From the NCBI RefSeq assembly GCF_009914755.1, contig NC_060925.1: a DNA stretch of 64,000 nt, one strand, 5' to 3'. Shown here one piece after another: positions 43,460 through 56,650 of the stretch; positions within the stretch are counted from its first letter, which is position 1, and each line of letters begins with the position of its first letter. Below the pieces are notes generated by a model. It ran no database searches, was not told the DNA's origin, and saw nothing but the letters and a program-made list of their open reading frames with translations. Origin of the DNA: the human T2T-CHM13v2.0 reference genome, Homo sapiens. A program made the translations under genes and the position numbers.

Positions 43460-43921
43460 ATCCATAGTGATTTAAGTATGTATTTTCTCCTGTTTCCTTC
43501 TTGGCTACCCATCTTCCTGCCAAAATACTTCAATATAGCCATGGCTCAAGTTTAATGAGAGGAGACAGAAGTTTTTGGATAGCTTTTTGTTTTTTTGTTC
43601 TTTTTACTTTGGTGATCAGGGTGGCACATAATGGTTCTTGGCCATTACATGGAGTCACTCCCTGAGGTATAGCCCTGTGGCTAAACTGGCGTCTCTGTGA
43701 TTTTCCCAGCTGCTTCCCTGGGAGTGGTATTGTCACACCAGCCAGAACCGTTCTTCCTAGCCCTTGCTTCCAGATTCTCATGTGGCTTCTCAAGGGACAT
43801 CCCTGGAGCTCCATTCTCTTCATTTTTGGTGGGAAACAATGCATTGGAGTGAAGTTCTTATAGTGGCTACACAAGAACTAAAGATGGCCCTTTAGGGGGC
43901 TCCTGTCACACTTCAGCATAG

Positions 43922-44520
43922 CTATTCATATTGTTTGCCCATTTTTAATGGGATTATTTGGGTTTTTTATTTTTTGCTGATTTGTCTGAATTCCTTGTAG
44001 GTTCTTAATATTAGTCCTTTGTCAGATGCAAAGTTTGTGAATACTTGTTCCCATTCTGTAAATTGTCTGTACACTCTGCTGGTTATTTCTTTTGCTATGC
44101 TTTTGGGGTCTTAGTCAAAATTTTTTTTTGCTCATTCTACTCAGCCACTAAGAAATAATGAAATAATATCTTTTACAGCAACTTAGATGGAACTGGAGGC
44201 TATTATCCTAAGTTAAGTAACTCAGGAATGGAAAACCAAATACCGTGTGTTCTCACTTGTAAGAGGAAGCTAAGCTATGGCTATACAGGGGCAAACAGCA
44301 TTGCATAATAAACACTGGAGACTCAGAAGGGGGAAAAGGGGCTGAGGGATGAAAAACTACCTATCGGTTACAATATATACTATTCGGGTGACAGATTACA
44401 CTAAAAGCCGAGACTCCAGCACTGTGCAATTCATCCATGTAACCAAAAACCACTTGTACCCTTAAAGCTATTGAAATAAAAATAAATTAATTAAAATAAA
44501 TTCAATTTAAAAATGAAATA
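43922..44520 (+). mobile_element. L1PB4-like element with an inverted segment; 43922-44133 antisense, 44134-44520 sense 3' end
   Basis: Antisense TTTGCCCATTTTTAATGGGATT...TTTTGGGGTCTTAGTC, then sense AGTAACTCAGGAATGGAAAACCAAATACC...CAATTCATCCATGTAACCAAAAACCACTTGTACC and an A-rich tail. Confidence 0.85.
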
Positions 44521-44931
44521 AAATAGCTTTGCTATGGGTCGTTGTGAACTCTTCCCCTCTATGTGGAGCTAAAGACCAAAATATCAAGACATTGCCCCAT
44601 CATTAGGGCAGGGCTCTGTATTACCTAAGCATTTATAAGCAAATAGAGAGACTACCTCTTCTAGCATTTGTAATACTTCTCGGTGTTCAAACCACAAGAC
44701 GGACAGTCAGACCAGTTAGTTAATACCAAGCTCACAGGCACTCATACACACACAGTCTTAACACAGGAGCCAGTAGGAGAAGAATCCACTTTCAACTGCA
44801 TGACATGTGATAAAGTGGTAGGGTGCTCTGTGGTGTAATCTTAGTAAATTTTTCTTTTGACTTCAGGTTGAGGTAGGCATTGCTTTTTGTATCTATGATT
44901 ATATAGTAGAGAATGTAATTGACTTGGAACT

Positions 44932-45060
44932 TTTTGTATTTTATTATAAATTGACAGATTATCATTGTATATATTTACAGGGTGCAAAGTGATGTTATGA
45001 TGTATGTATGGATTGATTAAATTAACTAAAATATCCCTCATCTCAAATACTTATTTCTTG
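44932..45060 (-). mobile_element. L1MA 3' end fragment
   Basis: TTGACAGAT..ATTGTATATATTTACAGGGTGCAAAGTGATGTT. Confidence 0.65.
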
Positions 45061-45070
45061 TCTTGAGTGT

Positions 45071-45442
45071 TGTATTAGTCCACTCTCACACTGCTATAAG
45101 GAAATACCCAAGACTGGGTAATTTATAAAGGAAAGAGGTTTAATTGACTCACGATTCTGCATGGCTGGAGAAATCTCAGGAAAATTACAATATTGGCAGA
45201 AGGGGGAGGGGAAGCAGGCATCTTCTTCACAAGGAGTCAGGAGAGCAAGGTGAGTGAAGGAAGAACTTGCCAAGTGCTTATAAAACCATCAGATCTCATG
45301 AGAACTCACTCACTATCACCAGAACAGCATGGAGGAAACTGCCCCCATGATTCAATCATATGCCACCAGGTTCTTCCCTCAACACCTGGGGATTACAATT
45401 CAAGGTAAGATTTGGGTGGGGACACAAAGTCAAATCATACCA
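45071..45442 (-). mobile_element. THE1D-like solo LTR
   Basis: TGTATTAGTCC...ATCATACCA; TSD AGTGT/AGTAT. Confidence 0.9.
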
Positions 45443-46131
45443 AGTATCAATTGATATTTTAATTCTTATTTGTAATAAAGCTGCTTGGAACTTTATAAGC
45501 CAGTCAACTCATATCTACCCCAAATACAAAATACCATATATGCAAGAGGTTAGTGTGCACTGCATGGAATGCAAATTCAAGCTCATTGCCTAATTGATAC
45601 AGATCATTCTTGCTGTTTGAAATTGGCTCAGCACTTTTTCTCTCAAAATTTTCTTCCACTTTTCTTAAAACATGATATTAAGAAATGCTCAAAACCAACC
45701 TGTAAAAAAAGAAAAACCTAAAAATCCCAGTTAATGAGAGATTTGACCCCAGAGCCCTCTGTCTCCAAACTAATTACAATTATAATCAAGGGACTGTAAA
45801 GAATAAGCAGCCTCGCTGCTGGATTTTACATACCAGACATGTTTAAGTTCTCAAATTCAAGAATTTTTACTTGATGGCATCAACTGAGGATAATTTTTAA
45901 GACCAAAAATTAATAAGTAAACTTGAATTGTGTGCCATTTGAATCAAAAGTGAAAGAATTAAAGATACTATAAGAGAAATGGTGAGAGAATTTATGGATG
46001 CTGCTTTGACTGTAAAGTGGGGCTTAAGGACTTTGTGAAAACAGTGACCCCACCCTCCCAATAAGTGCACCTTAGTGTTGACAATTATGCTGAGCTTCCA
46101 CCGTGATCTGATTTATGCCGGTGAACATATC

Positions 46132-46133
<2 letters not shown>

Positions 46134-46177
<44 letters not shown>

Positions 46178-46182
46178 ACACC
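46134..46182. repeat. (CA)n microsatellite
   Basis: About 18 perfect CA units plus an interrupted extension. Confidence 0.95.
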
Positions 46183-47459
46183 ACCCCATGAATCAGATTC
46201 TGATTTGTTTTACCTGTGACGATAGAAAGGAATGCCGAAGATCACTTAACATGATTTTTGCCCCTTTCTTTGTCTTATTAAGAAGACAAATTTACCTAAA
46301 AGAACCTGTTCCCTAAAAGAAAATACTTATGGAAAAGAAAAAGAAGCCTTGTGTAATGCTTGTTCTGATGTTTCTACAACCAATATTAACCAATAATTCG
46401 GAGACCTCCGGAGATGAGGGGGCTTGTCCTGAGATTTCCCTTGGGGACAGAAATATTTAAGACAAAAAAAGTTTCAAATTAAAAAAAAAAGACTCCTACT
46501 TTAATGAAAAACTTCTACCCACATAAAAACAACCTCCAGGGGCTTTGTTGAAAACTGTTAAGATAAAATATATCCCACATTTTATTCTTCGTAAAAAGGC
46601 TTATTATGTTCTCTCCTATTAACTTTCTCCTCGGGGTATTTCTGATGTCTGCAAAACATATTATAGCAGTTTCTTGCTGAAAGGTTTTGCAATGCTGTCA
46701 TTGAATTAAATTCAAGAAATGACGAAAACTGTGAACAAGCATTGGAGGACTTAAATGAGGCACCTATTAAATAAGAGATGAGGAGGTAAATATAAATATC
46801 TACCTAATCCCGTTATACAGCAGACCCAGGAGAGGCTGAATGTGGGGCCAAGGTCTTCCTGAGAACTCCTCTTCAGAAGAAACTGCTCACCTTGCCAACC
46901 AAATCCTAAATTAGCCTTTCCCTTGCCAAATGTCACTGTGCCCTGCATCCTTTCTCAATCAAATGACTCCCTTTCTGAAAATGTTGAAGAGTCTGCTCTC
47001 TACAAAGCAAGTTCTCCAGGCCAAGCAGCAGAGTCCATTAGGTGGCGAACCCTGAGGGCTTCACATTCATACATTTCCTTCACTTTCTAATTTGACTGCA
47101 GGGACAGTGAGTCTGTCTCCAAGTATGGAAAAGGAGGGATGGAGGTAGTGTGGAGGAGAAGACCACAGTGTGACACTGGGGCCTGTCTCCATTACCCACC
47201 TACAATGATTGTCCTGCCCAGCGTGGCCTCATCTACATGTTTTAAGAGTCAGTCCTATGCTGCTTGACTGCTTGTACTCAAACACAGTATTAGAGCCCCC
47301 CTTTAATTAGGGTGCAAACCAGCTTCTTCCATAGACCATAGTTTAAAAAGCATCCTCTTCTTATGATTTATAAAAAGCATTATGATCATACCTAACAACA
47401 TATAAAAACTGGCAAGAAAAAATATCATCCATAATCTCACCTCACTAAATGGGGTCATT

Positions 47460-48245
47460 TTAGAAGAAAAAGCTGGAAAGCAGGAGGGACTCTAGCCTGG
47501 CTTCCCATCAGGACTCCGAATGATGCTTCACTGGTCACAGGGTCACAACCCAGGATTGCTGGGACATCAGGGAGAGAGACAGTCTAGGTTAGCACTTCCA
47601 TGTGTACAGTAAAGGGCAGATGTTCCTGCATGCCCAGCTGAGGAAAGGTTGTGACTGAGTAGTCAGCTCCTAGAGGCTGACTCTCAGACAAGACTGAGTG
47701 AACCTGAAGCTAAGGGCTGCAGAACAAGCTACCCACACCAAGGATGAATGAGGGGTGAGGGTCGCCACCAGACCTCAGACTCAGATGCTCCAGCCTGCAC
47801 TGAGGTGGAACTGGGACTGAGTCAGCCACCAGGCCCTGGCTGTGCCAAAAGAGCCCCCATGGATTCATCATCCCCAAACTTCAGCATCGGATGAATGTTC
47901 AGGGAAAAGGGTCATTACCACAGTGGCCAGGAAGGCAGAGGATAGAGCAAAGACCTGTTCATGTGCTTCTGAGGTCATCTGATGGCCATGAGGGGACATT
48001 CATACCCTGCCCTACACACCCAGATACCATTTTGGTGAGGACCACAGAGAGGGGCAAGAATATGAAAAACTGAGAATTATCCCAAGAGACTGAGCTAACC
48101 TAACCAGATGAGAACACACTTAGATTTCTCCTTTCCCCACAAGGCAGAGAGAGGGTGAGGAATGGCAGGATAAGCACTCAAGGGGAAGATTAGGTAAGTT
48201 ACAGGAAAAAAGAAAAGGGAAGTTACATTTCGTTTGCATATCTCA
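47460..48245 (+). mobile_element. Possible ancient Gypsy-like LTR (MamGypLTR/LTR8x group)
   Basis: G-rich body ending GAAGTTACATTTCGTTTGCATATCTCA, resembling MamGyp LTR 3' ends from memory; old L1M-like sequence on both sides. Confidence 0.3.
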
Positions 48246-48649
48246 ACACAGAGTAAGTACATTTTCTACCTCTCTTTATAACATTGCAAAGATCATCCTC
48301 AAGCCTAAAGCTTTTTCTATGACTTTGGTTCTTTCTTCAGAGTAGATTCCCAGAAGGGCTATAATTCGGTTTAAAGTTTTAAAAAGTATCTAGTTATACA
48401 CTGCCAGACTGCTTTCCAAAAGAAATGCAGCAATTTTGACACTTTAAAGCAATGCATGTGAGAGTAACGGTTTCTCTATGTCCTACTTTCTAAGAACTCC
48501 CTTACATTTCCAGGGAAGCAATGGAACATGGAATATGCAATAAGAGCAGGAAAAACACACCCTGACTCTCATGCATTCTGAGTGCAGATTTGAACTCTGA
48601 TTTGTTTCAAGGGCTCTAAATCAGATTTGCATAGACTGTAGCCCCAAAG

Positions 48650-48831
48650 ATCCCACCCTTCAAGGTATGTGAACTCGGCAATTTATTCATACTTTTTGCA
48701 CTTTCCTTTCTCATATATAAATAGGGATAAAAATATCTACTTCCAGGAGTAATTGTGAGGATTAAATAAAATACATTTAGAAAGTGCACATTACCTATCA
48801 CCTAGTAAATGCTCAATAAATGCTAGCTATT
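48650..48831 (+). mobile_element. MIR
   Basis: TTGTGAGGATTAAATAA...TAGTAAATGCTCAATAAATGCTAGCTATT. Confidence 0.8.
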
Positions 48832-49341
48832 TTATTTTTGGATTAGCAACTCCTTCATGCCTCGTCCATCTCTGTTCCCTTAGGACTGGTAAAATGCCAG
48901 GCTGATGGTGATATTTAATAAACATTTGTTTAATAAATGCTGAATGTATATATTTTCGTGCATATATTTTCATGTTCATGCTTGCCTACAGGGCAGGAAA
49001 AACTTGAAGGGGCAAATTGTGTGAATCCCCGGATGCAAAGCCTCAGGGTAGCAAGTGTCAGGAGCTCCTCCATACTCAAAAACAAAGACAGAAAACACCA
49101 CCCACAGGATGCTGATAAACCAGTGAACTATTTTGGAGAGGAAACGGGGAGAACATGGGACATCAGGATAAAAATTTAAAGATGTATTGTATGGGGATAT
49201 GAAATCAAGAATACAGAAAAGAATTAGAGTGATAGGGGACAGGAGAAGATACAGTTTTTCACAGCTGACATGGACACACAACAGAGTTTTTGTGCAACCA
49301 GCTGACCCAAATATTAAAACATTCTTGGTATTCAGAAAACC

Positions 49342-49696
<355 letters not shown>

Positions 49697-50074
49697 CTAA
49701 GGATGGAGGTGAGATATCCCTGGAAGGAACAAGTAGGTGGCTCTGAGAAGCATTCACTCCCTGAAGGAAACCAGGACATATACATATATATATTTTTTGA
49801 TAGCTTGAGGAAAATAAGGATGCTGTCCTGGGGTAGACAGGAACCCATACTGTAACCAGATATTACTGGGCCCTGTCCTCTTCCCTTCTCAAAAGTGTGA
49901 ACATGTCCAGATGGGGCATTCAGGGCGACAGGTATGATCACTGTCACTCTCAAGGTCTTCTCTGGCCCTCAGGCAGTGAGTCTCTCTACTTTCATCATTA
50001 GCCACAGGGGTACTCATCCATGCTCATGTACCAATAGCTCCCTTTCCCACCAGAGTCCAGAAGGTCAGCATGGC

Positions 50075-50149
50075 TGTGGTAGGCCGAATAATGGCCCAAA
50101 AGATTTCCAGGTCCTAATCTCTAAAACTTGTGAGTGTTACCTTGCATGG
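50075..50149 (+). mobile_element. MLT1D-like LTR 5' stub
   Basis: TGTGGTAGGCCGAATAATGGCCC...GTCCTAATC...TGTGAGTGTTACCTTGCATGG. Confidence 0.75.
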
Positions 50150-50562
50150 TGATACTGTTTAGATATTTGTCCTCTCCAAATCTCATGTTAAAATGTGATC
50201 CCTGGTGTTGGAGGTGTGTCTGGTGCAAAGTTTTTTGGTCATGGGGACAGATCCTTCATGAATGTTTTGGTGCTGTCCTCAAAGTAATGAGTATTTGCTC
50301 TATTAGTCCACACGAGAACTGATAGTTAAATAGAGCCAGGAACCTCCCTCCTCTACCTCTTACTTTCTTCTTTCTTGCGCTGTGATACCTGCTCTCCTTC
50401 CTTTTCCACCATGAGTGGAAGCTTCCTGAAGCCCTCTTCAGAAGCAGATTCTTGTGCCATGCTTCTTGTACAGCCTGTGAGATAGTGAGCAAAATAAACC
50501 TCTTTTCTATACAAATTACTCAGCCGGGTATTTATTTATAGCAACACAAATGAATTAAGACA
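50150..50562 (+). mobile_element. MSTB1/B2-like solo LTR
   Basis: TGATACTGTTTAGATATTTGTCC...AATAAACCTCTTTTCT...ATTAAGACA. Confidence 0.88.
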
Positions 50563-50619
50563 CCTGCTTGCTTATTCCACTCATTGCCTGAAAAAAAAAA
50601 AAAAAAAAGATGCATAGGA

Positions 50620-51800
50620 AATAAAACTTCTGAGATCTTCCCTACCTCAGATGCTGTATTCCAGCCTCACATTTGATTTCTATTTTGTCTGTGTATAAAA
50701 TTACATTTTGGGCATCATAGAATGTTAAGGACATTTTTCCTTTGTCTTCCAGCTTTTATTTTTGCCGTTGAGAAGTTGAAAGCCATTCTAATTCCAGATC
50801 TTATGCATATGACCTCTTTTCTCCCTAGGAAAGGTTTTGGAATCCTCTCTGCCCCTAGTGTTCGGAAATTTCACATTAATTTACATTTTAATAGGTTTTG
50901 TTTGATCAACTTTGTTGGCACTCAGGGGCCCTTTCAATCTGGAAACTTCATATCCCTCAGTTTTAGAAAATCTTCTTGAATTACTTATGTGATAATTTTC
51001 TTCCATTTTCTCTGTCCTAAAGCATATACTTTTACAAGCTGGACCTTCAAAGTTAGCCCTTTGCTTTTTTTAATATTTCTATTCTATTCTTCATCTCTGC
51101 ATTTTTTTCTTCTTGTTATTCTACTTTCTGAAACATTTTCTCATTTTATCTTCCAAACTTTTTATTGAGACTTTTTTAGACCTCTATAATAAGTTTGGTA
51201 AGCTTAAAAGCTCTTTTGGGTAACATGAATGTCTTTCTTTTGTTGATTTGTCTATCCTTGTTTTTTAGATGAATTTTCATTTATTTCTCTAAAAATATAC
51301 TTCCTTAAAGAAAGTGTTCTACTTTTACATACTTTCTCTTTCTTCCAAAAGTTTTTTATTTCTTTTTCTGTCTGTTTTGTACTCTGGCTCTCCTCAAATC
51401 CATCTGCTGATAGTTGGTTATGTCTTCATTTTTAAGAAGGAGGAACTAAAAATCTAATTGCAAGGTTGTTTGTAGGTATGGGGTTTATCTCATAGCAGAC
51501 TTCACTGTAGTGTGACACAAGAAGGACTCAGCTGTTTCCCTTTAGATCCCTAAAAATTATTATTGATAGTGCTTTTCTCTTGTGCAGATACTTTCCAGAA
51601 AGAAATCTATGAATTTTCTGCTAGGAGGTTGGGACCATGGGGGTAAACCCCACTGTGATGATTTTGGGAGGCAAGTGGAGGAAAGAGATTGAGGATATGG
51701 ATCTTACTGTTTATATCATCGACCTTTATTTAATTCTCCTATTTGTATTGAAATCCCAAACCTCAGTAAAGAGTCACATTCATTTAACTTCTTCAGAGAG
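50620..51800 (-). mobile_element. HAL1/old L1M-like antisense fragment
   Basis: GCCGTTGAGAAGTTGAAAGCCATTCTAATTCC and GGCACTCAGGGGCCCTTTCAATCTGGAAAC. Confidence 0.6.
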
Positions 51801-51859
51801 CTAATCACTGGTCTTATGCAGGAGTGTAGGAGTGTCCTAGTGATGTTTCTTTAAAGATG

Positions 51860-52450
51860 TTATCATGACTTTTTCTTGCTCATTCCTCTTCAATGGCTCC
51901 TTAATGCTAATTGGGTAAAATTCAACTTACTAAGCATAACCTTGAGCTGGTTTCTGATCATCCTTCCACCTTCTCTCTCAACACACTTTTCCCCTCCTCA
52001 TCTCGCTATTGTCATTTTCTCTGTCTCTGCTGTACGTTCCAGGTACACTGGGCTTGTTTTAATTGCCTGCCTGACCCTTGCTCTTTCAGACTTATGAACC
52101 TTCTCAAATGTTATATCCTCTGCCAATGACCGATATTTTGACCTCTGTTTTACATGGCTAACTCCTACCTATTCATTAGGTATCAGCCTATATGTCACTT
52201 CCCATGAGAAAATTTTCTTGAGTTAGATTAATTGAGTTAGATACCACATCATGTGCTTCCTTTAGCACCCTGTTCTTTTGTCTTTACTACACTATGTTAT
52301 AATTTGCTCATATGTTTGATTCCCCACCAGAGCAAATTAAAGTTCTCTAAATGCAGGGACATTATCTAACTGGTACAATACTGTTTTCCACAGTATTGAT
52401 TGCAATACCTGGTCCAGAGAAGTGTTTCAATAAACATTAGTTAGATGAAG
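51860..52450 (+). mobile_element. L2 3' end
   Basis: CTTCAATGGCTCC..., ATGGCTAACTCCTACCTATTCATTAGG..., TCAATAAACATTAGTTAGATGAA. Confidence 0.65.
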
Positions 52451-52640
52451 TAACTAAGGAAGTGAAGGAGGTAGGATGGGAGGGAGGAAGGGAAAAATGG
52501 GGAAGCCACTGGGGTTCCTTTCTTCTACCTTCTCAGGTCCTGACTTGGTGTTAAGATAAATCTGAAATATAATAAGGTATGTGTGGTTACTTTCCCTTAA
52601 ACTAATTAAACTAATGTACCTGTAAAAATGTTAAGCTGAT

Positions 52641-52986
<346 letters not shown>

Positions 52987-53126
52987 CTAGTCTATACAAA
53001 ATGGACATTAACTCAGTTTACCTCCCTATCTCAGAAACACACCAAGAGACACCAGAAAGGCCAGACTCTTGTCCAATATACTTTCTTAAGTATATTGGGA
53101 CAGCTCATATTTAGTCTTCTACTATT

Positions 53127-53628
53127 TGTAAGAGTTAAAGAAAGAGAAAAGAAACATGAAACACGTCCTGGCAGCCAAAGACAGGTTTTCTTCGGATAAA
53201 ACCTAAGAGGGGCTTCTGGCCAATTTCAGTAAGGAGCGTTTTCTCTTACAGACTAACAGTATATATTGCTTTTAGGGTGAGGGGCTTATTACAAGCTTGG
53301 AATGTTCCTGTGTGAGGGAGAAGTTTTATGGTGGGGTTGGAATGTCTTTGAGGGGAGGGGAGGTTATCTTGGGGCAGACATCTTTCCAGCCGGAGTGGGG
53401 TTATCTCGAGGCTGGCAACTTCCTGGCCAGAGGTGAATTATCTCAGGGCTAGCATGTCCCTGGTCAGGGAGGAGTTTGTAATGTTTCTGGTTGGAGATGT
53501 TGTTTGTGGTTTATGGTTGTGCTGACCTTAGCCATTAGGCTGATGCCCTTTGGATTTAGGTGGTTTTTTATTAAGGTGAACTTTAGAATGAGGGGCTTGT
53601 CAAAGATGGTGATACTCCTGCTCTGTCA
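53127..53628 (-). mobile_element. ERV1 solo LTR (MER84/LTR15-like)
   Basis: Minus strand begins TGACAGAGCAGGAGTATCACCATC and ends CTTTAACTCTTACA (TG...CA); perfect TSD CTATT at 53122-53126 and 53629-53633; family name less certain than the LTR call. Confidence 0.85.
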
Positions 53629-54883
53629 CTATTTGGGGGAGAAAAAAACAACATGTGGCTTACTGATTGTATATGAGCAGCATTAGAAATAAAACATGAT
53701 CTACAATTGGATTTTATGATACACCAATTTGGAGGATAGAAGGAGAAAGAATTTCCCATGTTGTTCTTCAATTTACATTTTGATTCCCCAGGTAAACCTA
53801 TTTGACAATAAGCTACATAGGGTACAAACTGTTCCTTCACCTTCCTCTGTAACTCCCTGGTGCTTAGCACTCGGCAGAGCAGGGCTGCACTCCATGCTGC
53901 TGCCCTACTCACTCCCTCTGCACCCATCACATCTCCTTTCTGAGGGCCCTTCATCAATCCTTTCCCCAGAGGCCCTTGCCCCAGCAATTTTCCTCCCAAT
54001 TACCATTAAAGTATACCCTTTCTCATCAGTTACATGTAGTAGCTCCTAGATAGATGACACCATTACCTTCCAGATGAAATTTCTAGCCTTATTAGATGGT
54101 AGCAGAGCCTTCTGAGGGATATATTAGAACACTGAGTCTGGCCCTGTTTGAACCCTGGCAACCATGCTGAGAGGAACCCAGCTGCAAACTAAATGACCTA
54201 ATAAGGTCTTTTTCATCTGTAGTATCTCTGATTATAGGCCTGTCATTTTTATTCCCATTCCAGAATAGATTTATTACTTTCTGAAGACTTAAAAACAAAC
54301 AAACCTCATTCGGTTGTTTATGAGGCCAGAAGTGTTGAATTTAGATAAGTTCAGGTTTAATGACACATTTGACCTACCACATTCAGTCTCCCTAGAAACT
54401 TAGTCACAATGTCTGAACGTGTAACATTAACAACTAACCCTCTGTGAAGAAAAACCCCTATATGGACACTTGCAGTGCAACTTTGAAATGACTACATGTT
54501 CTGGGAGTCTAGTAAGTACTCTACCTTTGGAATAGCCACTTTCACCCTAACAGGCCAAAGAATTTGCAAATATATCCCAGAAGAGAATATTTCACGTAAT
54601 TTTAAAATATAAGAGTTCATGTTTGTGTGCCTTGCCCAGTCATGCCCAAAGCAAAGATAGGAAGGGAAGAGTGAAGTGGGGAGGTGATAGTATATCTGCC
54701 ATTCCTATGACAGTCAGATACTATTGTCAGAGTTTTATCATGTCACATCCAAGGTCACTTTGACTTCAAGTCTGTCCCTTCTTAGGAAACTCAAGGTGAA
54801 CTTTAGAAATCCTACTGCTTGATTGTTTCTACTAAGCTTATTTTTACATCAGTGTTTCCCAGTCTGTCATGCTACTTGCCATT

Positions 54884-55425
54884 TGTATGGAAGAGTTAAC
54901 ACAGCAGGCTATCTTTATGAAGGCCTTTTTGCAAGGTGAAGGTCAGCCTTTGGCAACTAGGCATTTGTATTTCAAAAGGATTTCCACCACCCTAATTGAC
55001 AAGAGTGGCCCACTATGCCTAAACCATTATACAAACAATATGATGTCTGCTAAACATCTGCTTTCTTTGTGGAAGTCTAGAATCTTGTTATGTGCTTGGC
55101 AAAAGGTGCCCACATGATCAGCCTGCAATGAAAACCCTGGGCACTGAGTCTCTAAGGAGTTTCCCTGGCTGGCAATATTTTACATGTGTTGTCATGACTT
55201 GTTCCTAGGGAATGAAGCATGGACTGTGTGACTCTACCAGGAGCGACCCCTTGGAAGCTTGTATTTGGTATCCTCTGGACTTCATTCATGTACTTTTTCC
55301 CTTTCCTGATTTTGCTTTTGATTCTTTTGCTATAATAAATTGAAGCCATGATTTGATGAGGCCTGGGGGAGACTTCCTAGCAAATTATTGAACCCTAGAG
55401 TGGTTTGGGAGACCCCTGACTTGCA
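54884..55425 (+). mobile_element. MER68-like ERVL LTR
   Basis: AAGAGTTAACACAGCAGGC, AAAACCCTGGGCACTGAGTCTCTAA and GGGAGACCCCTGAC. Confidence 0.8.
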
Positions 55426-56419
55426 GCTGTAGTCAAAACATTTTGCAATTAGAAGGCACTATTATCAATTACATTATTTTTAACATTGAAGTTATCTGTT
55501 CTTTAAGTTTCTAAAGAGTGGTTCCTTGTAATGCATAAACTCATTTTTCTTGGTTGCTCCCAAAAGAAACATATTGTGATCCTCTTCATTTTCTGATCTT
55601 GATTCAGTGTGTTACTTTCTCCTATGGAGCGTTGTTTCAAGAGTTACTTGTATAACGACAAGCTGAATGCATAACAGGCTTGGTTCACTCACCAATACTC
55701 TGGCAATACTTTATATTCTTTGTTAGCACCACTTTTTTTCTGGAATACTCTGTATTCTGTTCCCACATAGATTTTGAAAATTTTGCCTTGGTTTTGGTTT
55801 TAATATTGAAGGATCCAAGCTCTATTTCGTCTTTTGTTCTCACACCCCACGCTGGTTTGCAGTTGCCTGTGCCTGTGATCTTATTGACCCCAATCACTTC
55901 AAAGGCACTTGGATCTCAGGACAAGAGCCTTTGAGAAAAAGATGCTTTGTTTCTTTGGCAGGAAACTTACAAGTGAAAAGTTTTACTTGTATACTAATCT
56001 TATTTAATTGGATTTATTTTATAAAGCGGAGAAAAAGATATTGGTACTACCAATTCCAGGTCAAGATCACCCTCTCAGCGCACTTTATACGAAACCCAGA
56101 TCACACTTTAGGAAATGTGATCAGAGACCTCTGTTATACTCCACTGGGTTAGAGCCAGTCCTTACTAATGTGATGTAAGAACCAAGAACCTGTTAGGCAG
56201 ACATAAGAACTCAAATTATTCCTTTAAATCTTGTCAGACAAGCTTAGAGATGGCAACCTAAAAAGGAGAGAAAGCAAACTCCACATAAACATTAGCTTTC
56301 TGCCTAAATCCCTGAAATCTATGTCAACTGCATATGGGCAGTTTATCTCTCTAAGAGCATCCCACTCCCGGTGATACGCCCAGCTCTGACACATCACGCA
56401 CGATTGTTATTCATCATCT

Positions 56420-56650
56420 GGTCACTGGGTTTAAGGCACAGCTCAGCCACTTATTAACTGTGTGACATTGACCAAGTTAATCACATACATTGGCCTGAAT
56501 TTCCTAATCTGTAATATGCAGATGATAACAGTATCTAACTCATAGTGATATTGTTAGGATTAAAGAGTTTATACATATTCAACATTTAAATGACTGCCAG
56601 TCACCCAGTAAGCCCAATAATCTAATTACTCATTAGCATTAATATTATTG
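56420..56650 (+). mobile_element. MIR
   Basis: CAGCTCAGCCACTTATTAACTGTGTGACATTG...TTTCCTAATCTGTAA...AGGATTAAA. Confidence 0.75.

Noticed and set aside
43530-43874. 114-aa ORF as annotated in the track
   Set aside because: Only about 22 codons are in the LARP4 frame; the rest is out-of-frame read-through.
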